Source of the DNA: Carpediemonas membranifera BICM | Lineage: Eukaryota > Protista > Fornicata | DNA: 64,000 nucleotides | Direction of reading: 5' to 3' | Assembly: GCA_019828565.1 (NCBI GenBank) | Contig: JAHDYR010000005.1 | Span: 1,315,937-1,379,936 of the forward strand | Shown here: one piece after another, positions 1-9,866 of the stretch | How the letters are laid out: the number at the start of each line of letters is the position of its first letter | Position numbering within the stretch: position 1 is the first letter of the stretch | The notes under the pieces: generated by a model | Seen by the model: the letters and a program-made list of their open reading frames with translations, nothing else | What the model was told of the DNA's origin: nothing | Database searches by the model: none | Made by a program: the position numbers and the translations under genes

Positions 1-439
1 GGCTTTGCCCTTTGCCCTTGTCCTTCTCCTCGGTGTCAATGGCCTCAATAATGGTCTTTACGCGCCTTTGCGCTTCTCCTGGCTATACACATATCAGCCT
101 GGTTGTCGTCAACCCACTTCTGCCAGCGCGCCGGGCTTCTTGGAACTTCTTGGTCCGGCGAGTGCCATAAACTGCTTCTTCAACTTATCCTGGAGCTCCT
201 CCTTCTCGTCCTTCGTGAGGCGGAATTTCGTAGTGATATGGTTCAGGTTGATTCCTATATAAGCATTGCTATGACTACAAACGCTTCCTGATCACTAGAT
301 CGAGCAGTTTCCGTTCATCCAGCAAAACCGCGCGAAGAACAGCACATTTGGCATGATTGGTGGTTGCCTTGGTGTATGCAGCCAATATCGCATCGTACTG
401 TTCCTTGCTAGCGCTCTCAATCCACTTTAGCAAGTCCAT
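1..439 (-). CDS. Cargo gene 'A' paralog (coiled-coil protein; other copies end in an OTU domain), partial, intron 255-282
   Basis: Exon 1 MDLLKWIE..AKCAVLRAVLL resembles the ORFs at 56339 and 62383. A 28-nt phase-1 GT..AG intron sits at the same position. Exon 2 RINLNHITTKFRLTKDEKEELQDKLKKQFMA aligns with the paralog. Confidence 0.7.
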
Positions 440-767
440 TTTCGGCACTATCAGCAAGAGAGCATAAAAAAATGGACATAGAGTGCCAAAAGTAATAAAC
501 TGAAACCATCCTCACGGCAACTATGTACCTAGGCGGCCTCAGCACCTCCAATACCTTCCGTATGTGCTTTTTTGTCCGTCCCTACTTCGTCCCACGAACC
601 AGAAAAAAGCGCAAAGAGAGGGCCCTTTGAATAATTCTATAACGGCAGCAGAGCATAAAACACGGTTCGAAAGGGCTGATTTTATGCTCTCTTGCCGTTA
701 GTTCAAGCCGAGGCACGCTTCGGGCGAGCTCCGGCCAAGGGGTCCAGGAGTCAGCTTTTGGGGGAAG

Positions 768-2176
768 GTCTGTGGTGCTATAACGTACCTCGGGACGCAC
801 TGTGGAGGCCCCTAGAGTACTCGGTCATGACATGTCAGACCAAGGGTCCCTCAAATCTGGCCCCATTCAGGATGCTCCCCCTAAATGTTCCGTTGCAAGC
901 GTCTGACGGGCGTTCTCTGGATACCGACCAAGATGGAGGTCACGTGGATCAACGGACGATAATTACGGTATTCTGGCCATGCCTGGTACTCTCAAATCAT
1001 CTATACTGATCAGTGCTCCATTTATAGTTCATATTGTTTGGTCCTGATGGACTTATAGTTGTTGATGTTGTTTAGGGATAATTGTTGCTTTAATGATGCT
1101 CTGCGCTCGCTTACTGATGTTTCTTAGTGATATGTGCATGCCTACTACGTTAAAGCTGCCAGTATTCTTTCTATTCTTAAGTTCGCCATTTCAGTCTCGT
1201 TGCGAGCATAAAGTGCACATTGTGAAAGGAAATTGGGTGGTTATATAATGGATACAGGGCAGGAAAAGGTACACGAATGCCGTCCTGAGGTTTGGCATGG
1301 GATACTGATCTCATACGTCAAAAATGGGCGGTGGTATTCGAATTTCAGAATTTCGGCATGTCCGAATTCCGAGGCAAGCGGGTAGGGTGTACAAAACCTG
1401 GCCTGGGTCCCTACTGGAGCTAATAGATAACAGTATCACCGTGTATTCGGTTTTCAGAAATATAACTTGTGTTGGTATTGCAATTTCAGAATTACTTCCA
1501 GTACCGGAGATTGTCTTAGAATTTGGATGTTCATGACTACTTTAAAATTTTAAAAAGTTCCCATGAACCCACTCCAGCTCAGGATTGCGGATCTGAGCCA
1601 AGTTTAGGTCGAATCCAAGTATTTGATAATTTTGTATGTACGAAATTCTGAAATTGCAATACCAACAGAAAAACTCGTGTTATGGAGGTTCTAGCTGCAA
1701 ATAACGACGATATTGTTAAGCGCTGGTCTGATAGAGGTTCAGTGAAGACGCGTAGTGTGTACAAGAAGCACCTGGAGGACGTTTTGGCCAGCATTTGCCA
1801 GGAAACAGGCGCTGAAATGCAGAAGGGCATCGAGATTGTCCGAAGCGACAACGTTACGACTTATTTGGCGCATTATTTCGCTACAAAGACGCCTGCTATG
1901 GCTAAGAGGATCGTTTCGGCTGTTCAGTCTTTCCGGAACTTCGACTTGCCACATCCCGCGAAGCCGTTGTCCTGGAAAGAGGAGGAAGAGGTGTCGCCTG
2001 CATCAGTTGAGAGTCTCCCCAGCCCGTATGGCGCCATTGCCATTCTGCTCAACCAGACGGGCTGGGAGTATTCGTATCTCCAAGGTAATCTCCCCGATGC
2101 GATAGACCTTACCTCGTGCCCGAGCTGGATGGGCTTTGGCACGCTCAAATCGGGATTCCCGCAGGCCAGTGCTGTA
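768..2176 (+). repeat. Near-identical direct copy of 62593-64000; diverged inverted copy at ~54300-56060
   Basis: Direct sequence comparison; matching ORF translations at 1324/63149 and 1755/63579. Confidence 0.95.
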
Positions 2177-2543
2177 TCGGAGGCGCTCAAGGTTCAGGGG
2201 TTGACGGTTCGCATGCTTCGCTTTTGCGCAGCGGATCGACGTGTCCACCGATAGGATGCAGTCTATCGGCACGCTAGAGCGCCGCGGCAGACCGCAGGAG
2301 AAGCCTCAGAAGGTCGTTAAGGACAAGCGCATCAGCCTGACCGATGAGCAGTTCAGGCACCAGTTGGCGTCCAGTCACTTAACGACCACGCGGCGCCCAA
2401 CGATCCTCGATCTCAACCCGGAGATCCGAAGCTCTGCCGACCTGGTGCCGCCGATGCTCGATGACTGGCTTTACAACAGGCTCAAGGCCAGAATGATCGA
2501 GCTTCACGATACTAAGAAGAAAGAGAGGCAAAGCGAGGGCTGA
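1682..2543 (+). CDS. Cargo gene 'B': degenerate tyrosine-recombinase-fold protein (frameshift ~2225)
   Basis: ORFs 1682-2254 and 2241-2543 together equal the uninterrupted paralog 53955-55157. Has core-binding-like motifs (TRSVY..L; RIVSAVQSFRNF), box I-like AIAILLNQTGWEYS and box II-like LTVRMLR. Confidence 0.5.
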
Positions 2544-3033
2544 CAAGGAGGCGGAGTTCGGCTCGCCGACTCGCGAGACAGAGATGCCAGAGGGCGAGAG
2601 AGGGCGATACTGACGAGGAGGCGGTGTCCGACGAGCCAGCTTACCAGGCAGAGTGGATGCACTACGAGGTGCCAGCTCGCGAGGAGAGCGCCTTTGGCGA
2701 GGAGGTGGACTTATGCAAGAGTGCCGATGAGGAACCAAAGATCGACCACGACGAGCATGGCGGGGAGGTGGCGGGCAGAGATGGTGATGGGGAGATTCAA
2801 GAGAACGTGATTGATGAGGAGCGCTCAGAGAGCGATACTGCCGACAGTATCGTCTTTTCCTTCATCTGACATTGTAAAGAGGAAGAGTTTATGATTGGAG
2901 CATAGCTGATGTCCATAAACACCATTCATAAGCCAGTCCTGTCTTGTTTTCCACTGCTACTTCTCTCGTTGCGACGCACAGCTAGCTGTCGCGAAATGCA
3001 CTTTAAGACCAATTTTCACACAGCTACCTGTGC

Positions 3034-4331
3034 ATGGTGTTCGAGCTAGATAGCGACAAGCTGGAGCGACTTACTTCCTTACCTGGTAATAGTAGACAAT
3101 ATCTGCACGACTTTGAACCTGAAAAGCTGCAGGTCGTGATCAAAGTTGATGAGCATTATGATATGGAGGTTCCCACCCTGCTAGCGCTCAAGGACAGTCC
3201 GCATGTCCTCCCCTGTCGTCGATACAGGTTTTGTCGACCGTGATCCAGCCTTCATGGCTCCTTTGGTCAACTGTACCCCCTTCGCTGACATCTGCCAGGC
3301 TCACTCCAGCGTGCAGTTCCGCTATGTTTCGCATCTGCTGCAGGCAGTATGCTACATGCATGACCACGGGGTTGTCCATTGCGATATTAAGCCAGACAAC
3401 TTCCTCTTCAGCAAGAGTCAGAAGGGATACCTCATTGATTTTTGGGTCTGCAATGAGGAAGCCGGCTAATGGCGACGACAGGTGGGCCATACAACTGAGA
3501 TTTGTATCCGAGTATCGCGGCACCCATGGATATTTGCCCCCAGAGCTGTTCTACGAGTACCTTGTCTCGCGCTCAGTGATTACTGCTGCACGCGACACCT
3601 CCAAGCTCGCGCGCATGACGGCAGGGGCTCTTTCCGTCACTTCTTATGTCGTGACACCTGCATCGGACATTTACTCTTGCGGTGTAGTCATTTTGATGCT
3701 CTTTTACGGTCTCCCCAAGTCCCCCTTTGCCGCGAAGGTGACTGACATGGGTGCAAACATGGCGCAGATCGACAACAAGAAGAAGAAGAAGATGCTGAAG
3801 CTTGGTAGCTTGCTGAACTGGTGCCAATTCTATGGTGGGCAGTTGCAGTTGTCACCTCAGGCACAGACACATTTCAAAGATTGCCTCGAGTGTGTCAACG
3901 TGAACTCTGAGCTCCCGATTCGCGGCACCACGCCACCTACTTGTCTCAGCCTGTACGACCTGGCAATGCAGATGCTCCACTTCGACCCTGCGAAGCGTCC
4001 CACTGCTGCCGAATGTCTTGACAAGCTCAAGGTCATCATGCGCGTGCATGAATGCGTCGCCAAGCCGAGTCCGCTTCTGTTAGATGATACAGAAGAGGTC
4101 ACCCTGTCTGCAGCTCAGCGAAAGAGACTGACCGACTGCTGTCAGCGAGGGTTTGAGGGTCAAGTCTTCTATCGGCGCTGCATAGTGTGTGGTAGAGACC
4201 TTCATGGACGCGAGAACGTCAGCTGTGACACATGCCACAAGGGATACAGGCAGGTGAGCACCAATAAGTGCGCAAAAGGTGTGCGCGGAAGACTGCACAG
4301 GCAGTTTATTGCGATGATTGAGCGGACGTAA
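3034..4331 (+). CDS. Ser/Thr protein kinase with C-terminal Cys4 motif; two frameshifts (~3208, ~3440) in homopolymers
   Basis: VVIK, HCDIKPDNFL, DF(G), GTHGYLPPE, SDIYSCGVV and DPAKRPTA motifs lie across three overlapping ORFs. Confidence 0.85.
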
Positions 4332-4794
4332 AGAGATTGATACTTTCGGTGATGCAGGAATGAGATCAATGCTGCTGACAGGTCTCGAGATGGCAGAGGT
4401 GCTGGAGAAGAGAGAGCAGAAAAGGCATCAGAAGTAAATGAACGAGGTAAATTCCAGTTCGCCGGAGATGATATCCTTCCTCGTACGCGGCATGTGTCTT
4501 GGGTCTTAAGTTCGCCATTTTAATCTCGTTGCGAGCATAAAATGCACACTTGTGCATTCGAGTACAATGACGAAATCCCTCAATATGCTACCAGCAGTGC
4601 ATTTAATAACCAATATCAACGCCGAGACGCGTGTAGTTCGGAGCCATGTAGTTGTTTGCGCTCGTCTGTCCCCCTATTACCGAAACTGGTGCTGTACTCT
4701 AGAAAATCACTAACAACATCAACTCCTTTTCTCCGCAATGCAGATGAGAATGCCTATTCTCGCGATCTATAACTACCAATCATGTTTTCATTCT

Positions 4795-7350
4795 TTACTC
4801 ATACTTGCCACAGATGCACACATCCAGTGAGATCTCTCCTTCCTCATGGACATCGATGTCTAACCATTGCCCGTCAAACACGAGCCCTACCTGCCTCAAC
4901 ACCTTCTTCCATAGACCATCCACTTGACCTTCAAACAGAGGTAACAGTTTCTGACAGTCTCCCTCGTCCAATGTTCCAGTGCCCTCGCTCCGAATACGGA
5001 TCCAGTGTTTGGCGTCCTTGCAGCAGCGATGAACGCGCATTGTCTTCAGACGTATTTGGTGGGGAACGTCTGTTGACTGTCGCCCATACGAGACGACGCC
5101 ACGGAGGAATCGGTAAAAACAACTCGACCTGCTCCTTCAATATCGTTCTCTCAAGGACCATCTGGTTGCGCCTTAAGTGTACTCTACTTTCCTGATTGCC
5201 AATAAAGTCGCGCTCGAATGACTCCTCAATAATCCGGCCAAGTGGGACTCGGATTTTTGACTGAATCTCCGGCAACACAGCAACTCGCGCTAAGCCATGA
5301 AGTGTGTCGATGGAGGGAGCCTTCTTGGCTACCTTAGACGGCGGCCGGATTGGAATAGACTCCGACACGGTGCTGGTCGTGCTCAGACACATTGTCAGTG
5401 AAAAGAGGTGAACAAGCAACGCTGTCAGTCGATGCCAGGTGATAATGTCATCTGTGGCCTCCTCGTGAGAGTAATAATGCTCTTGCAGGTAGGCAACGAG
5501 TCTGAAAAGTGGCTGAACGGGGGAGGGAATGCCATGTAGAGACCGTTTCCAATTGACGCGATCATCTTCCTCCCCTTCACTTGCTCATTACAGCCAGTCG
5601 TGCGACTGGGAGGTTCAAACTTAGCCAGCCTGGCGAGGTCAGCGTTTCTGGCCTTCTTGGTCTTGATTTCCTCCGGGGTAGAGTCTGGGTCGACCTCAAT
5701 TGGCTTGAACATCCGACAAATGTTGTGTATCAAGGAGACGAAGTCATGACTGAGGTGCATGATCGGCGGGACAAGGAAGATTTTGCCCCTATCGAGAGTT
5801 GGGTCATCCGAGTTCTCGAATAGGCTGGGCATGATGCACTTATTCTTCTTGTTGTAGAACGACCCCCACTTCTTCTCTCTATCCAGGACTGTCTTGTCCT
5901 CAACAGACATCTTCTTCGCATACATCACGTCTGCAATCGTGTTTCGTGGGGTGAGACCGAATGGGCTCCAGGCCTTGTTGTCAGCATGTACCGAGCTGAA
6001 TGGAGAGGGATAGCTGCCGCCAATCAAGGTTCCACAGACTTTTGACATCGCTGGGTGGTCTGCGATGAACATAACGCGAGTGACACGGCACAGGAGACCG
6101 GTATTTCTCACCTCAAGTGACTCGCGATGGGTACTCTCGACTGAGCGCTCGATGAAGTCGAAGAATTCTCCAATGCGCTTCTCTGGTCCGTTGTACTCGA
6201 GTATGCGGAAGGGTGGTGTTCCGCCTGACGGGAAGACTTTGCCGGAGACATCGATAAACCGAACCTTCACAGATGTAGTCAACCCTCGCCATCCATCGAC
6301 CCAGACGAGAAGATCAAGCGGCACTGTCTGAGTCTCTTCAGCTTGAGTCTGCGCTGTCAACTGCTTGCCCACGTTCTTACGAGCAGCCCTTGACCTCTCG
6401 AGATCGATAGGCGAAGCCACCGCCTGGCGATAGTACCGCATGAGGTCAAACTCAGCGTGTTGCACATGGGAATACCTGCCGCTAGACTGGAGACGCGGGT
6501 TGAGACCGGCTCTCTTCATCACGTCATTATGTGCAGTTCGCTTCATTGCCGATTCGTAGAAGATGCACACCGTCGTACCTCTGAGCACTTCAGTGTTATA
6601 GTCGTCGCCGTCGAATGTAGCGTTGACTTGTTCGAGGTCTGCGTCGACGTGGGTAATCAGGTCGAGGTCATACTCGCGGTGATCCTTGTCCGTCCTCTTT
6701 GCTCGTGTCTCTTGAGTGATCGCCATGGGTATGTAGCCCTTTAGGGCCTTTTTCAAGTTCCTATGCGACTTGACAATGGTCTCAACGTCTGCGATGTTCC
6801 GAATGCTGCACTGAAGCGACTTGACTTGGTTTGTGACCTGATTGATGTTGATAATGTCAAGGTTGAGTCTCTGTGCAAGGGCTTGCATGATGTGAATCTC
6901 GTCATTGACTGCATTCACGCCGATCGTGATGGCCCTGAGCTCGTTGGACACCTGCAGAAGACGTTCAGTGTCAGCAATACGCTTACGTAGACGAGCATTC
7001 TCTGCCTCGAGGCCGAAGCTATCAGAATGCAGAACATATGCACCAACGTAAAGGTGACTGGGACCAGAGCGGTGTGCCTTCTTCTCCTTTGAGATGCTAG
7101 TGGATGATGGCGCTGGGTAGAGATTGCTAGAAATAGCCTCACGCGATACAGCGCCGATATTGATTAGTTCCTGCGCGATGCGGGCTAGCTCGAGCCTTTG
7201 CTGGTGTTTGGAGGTATCAAATCCGTTAATACGGCGATCCACTGCGTCAATCGAGAGCCAGACGCTGCAAAGGATGGTATTGATGTCATCAGTGCCCTCC
7301 GGAGCATAGATAGATCCGTTAGACAGTTTCCACTTCAGTTGAAGCGCCAT
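4795..7350 (-). CDS. RAG1/Transib-like DDE transposase, copy 1 (frameshifts ~5520, ~5060)
   Basis: WVDG, IADH, PPIMHL and LH..VLPEIQSKIRVPLGRIIEESFE motifs occur in RAG1/Transib order. Collinear with 45261-47627 across ORFs 5425-7350, 4931-5419 and 4795-5040. Confidence 0.7.
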
Positions 7351-7415
7351 CTGTCAGTCGCTCTTTCAAGAATTCTAAAGATCCTAAAAATGCGTGACTT
7401 CGAGAAGATCATCTA

Positions 7416-8651
7416 ATGCCAGCCACGGAACTAGAGATGAAGCGTGGAAATGAAGGAACTACTCCGGACACCCGAGAGACGAACTCTCAGAAACGCAAGC
7501 CGATGGTCAGGTGGAATGACGCCGCAAAGAGCGAATGCAGGTCGGCTCTCATGATTGGTATGCTCAAGGCATTCTTTTGCATCACCGTTGATGTGTTTGG
7601 AACGGATATGACTGGTCTATCTGTCCGTAAGGTGGCGAATGCCTACAATCACATCATCTCGGTGTACTTGCAGCCCTGCCACCCTGATCCGACATTCTTT
7701 GATGGTATCAAGTCCCTCACGGCTGTATCGCAGGGTAGGCTTGTCATTGGGCATGTTAAGGAGTGGGCAACCCAGTCTTGCCACTGCAACATCGGCATTT
7801 CTGATCAGGCTCCTTCGAGAGTGTTTCATAACCTTTCTCGGGCCCCCAACCCGGTGCGATCGGAGCTTCTGACCGCGATGAAGAAGATTTTCACGAGAGT
7901 TGGCCTGGACGTCCCCCAGAATTTTGATTCGCGTCCTCTGTCCCTTAATCTGGTGGACCTTTCGGCACCCGACATATTTACTGGTCGGACGAAGACGTTT
8001 TTCAAGACAGCAGAAATCCCCCATTCCGTGCCGCAAGTGAAGCAGGAGGTGGAGGTTGACCCCGTTCGACCCTCTGAGTCTATCTCTAAGCGTAACGTCA
8101 TGCTACTCGATGACGTCCATCGCATGACACAGCGCATGTCGGAAGATCTCTCTCAGCTCAAAGAACGGCCGGTAACCGCTGATTCAGACTCTGACGATGA
8201 TGGAGAGAACCTCCTTGACTTGCAGAAGAGGATGCTTGCCTTCTGTTGCGGCCATTGCCACAGCTTGGACTGGGTTGGCAATCTCAACACGTCAAAGTTT
8301 GTCTCATGTGGAGAGTGCGGCAGGAACTTTCATGACAATTCCGTTTGCGTGCCTGCTCGTCCGGAGAAATGTTCAAAGACTGCCAACTGGACGAAAGAAG
8401 CCAACAGAAAGAAGTCCTCGTGGAAGTTCACATGCCAGGCTTGTGTCCAGGAGAAGACTTGTTTCGCATGCCAGAAGAACGCCTCGGTATATCATTGTCG
8501 GATGTGTGGGCACTGGTTCTGTGGTAACAAGGGCTGTATGGGCACCACTGCCGTGAAGGTCGTCATTGACGGCGTGAATATTCCCAAGATCCGTCTTTGT
8601 GACGATTGCCTTGAGAACTTCAAGTCGGTGGTTCAACAGTCGGAGCAGTAA
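7416..8651 (+). CDS. PHD/Cys-rich zinc-finger protein
   Basis: CCGHC..SCGECGRNFH..C..FTCQAC (C4HC3) plus a second Cys cluster, after the acidic patch DSDSDDDGE. Divergent from the transposase, 65 bp apart. Confidence 0.7.
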   Translation: MPATELEMKRGNEGTTPDTRETNSQKRKPMVRWNDAAKSECRSALMIGMLKAFFCITVDVFGTDMTGLSVRKVANAYNHIISVYLQPCHPDPTFFDGIKSLTAVSQGRLVIGHVKEWATQSCHCNIGISDQAPSRVFHNLSRAPNPVRSELLTAMKKIFTRVGLDVPQNFDSRPLSLNLVDLSAPDIFTGRTKTFFKTAEIPHSVPQVKQEVEVDPVRPSESISKRNVMLLDDVHRMTQRMSEDLSQLKERPVTADSDSDDDGENLLDLQKRMLAFCCGHCHSLDWVGNLNTSKFVSCGECGRNFHDNSVCVPARPEKCSKTANWTKEANRKKSSWKFTCQACVQEKTCFACQKNASVYHCRMCGHWFCGNKGCMGTTAVKVVIDGVNIPKIRLCDDCLENFKSVVQQSEQ

Positions 8652-9866
8652 AGATACAATTGAATCTTTTCAAACATATTTTCATGAAGATAGATCCAAT
8701 GAAACTATGTACCATGAGCCCGATTGCTCAGTGATTATGTGATAATCCTGTGTGACCCAGGACAGCGTGCTCCTGGAATCAACAGGGCACAAAAACACCC
8801 TGCGTATTCCGGTAGCACACCGTTCTGACTCATACGTCCGTCTCTGGTTGTCGTATACAGGTCTATTTACGTGTTTGGCGATGGCGCTCCCTTAAATCTG
8901 CTTGAACGGCGTGTCGTGGCTGTCAGTATGCTGCAAATGTCGCAGCGAGAAAGGAGTCACCAATCGCGTTCAGCTTTCTTGTTTCTCGCCTGATACTGCT
9001 CGTAATATCGTTCAAGCGTGAATCTATGAAGTAATGGGACTGAATGGCCTCTATTGCGTCAATTTCTTGCGTAATCGTTGTTGAATGGCCTAGAATAGAT
9101 GTTGCAGCTGCTTCCAGCTCCTGTTGCATGCTAAATGCTGTGTTTTGGACAATTGGTCGTGTTCAGGCAGATTTTTTTCGTGCAAAGTGCAGGCTAATAC
9201 GCGCCCTTAAACTGTGGGATCAGCCGCTGGGTAAATATACTGAGAAAAAACCATATAGCTGAGTTCACTGTCTTGTGCTGAATACGGTGGCGCCATTTAT
9301 TTCTCTGAATCGCTAAGTTTTGTCAGCGTTGACCGCGCACGACCGGTCGTCCTTACGCGATGACACCCAGCCCATCTTGTAGGTCGGGTGGCCATACCTC
9401 GCGGCCTTGCTTGCTTTTCTTTGACGAGCAATATTCCCTGAGTAATAGCCTCTCCTTTTCTTCAATTCGACTCTAGCCAAGTCAAAAACAAGAAATCGAC
9501 CATATCTCAAAATCTAACAGGTAGATTCACTCTGAAAGTGATTATGCGCATATGTACCTCCTTTCAACTACTCACATAATCACTATCGTAGTGAATCTAC
9601 CTGTTAGATTTTCTGTTATTGTCCATTTTATCGTTTCGTCTTAACCTGCACGGCGAAATGCTCAAACCAGGCAAGGAGTCAGAGCCAGAGCTTCTTTCCA
9701 TGCTCTAAGTACATCATATGGACTCTCAAGAAGACCTTCGTTTATCTCTAAATAGCTTAAATTTAATGAATACTTCATTTCTGAGCAAGAAATTGTAGAT
9801 TATCTAGCGTTTTGAGGTCGAAGATAATCTAGGGTTTAGCAAAGATAATCTAGGGATGTTGACAGC

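Larger units (their letters stand above)
1..9866 (-). mobile_element. Large cargo DNA transposon (CATG-targeting family), one end only; continues beyond window start
   Basis: The terminus ...GATGTTGACAGC|ATG (minus strand GCTGTC...) matches the other family ends and cuts a Gypsy gag that has no 5' LTR. A subterminal 14-bp direct repeat AAGATAATCTAGGG occurs twice (9821, 9842). Contains a RAG1/Transib-like transposase plus cargo shared with the other members. Confidence 0.7.

Noticed and set aside
7416-8651. Calling this gene RAG2
   Set aside because: No kelch repeats are visible and the orientation is divergent; only the PHD resemblance holds.
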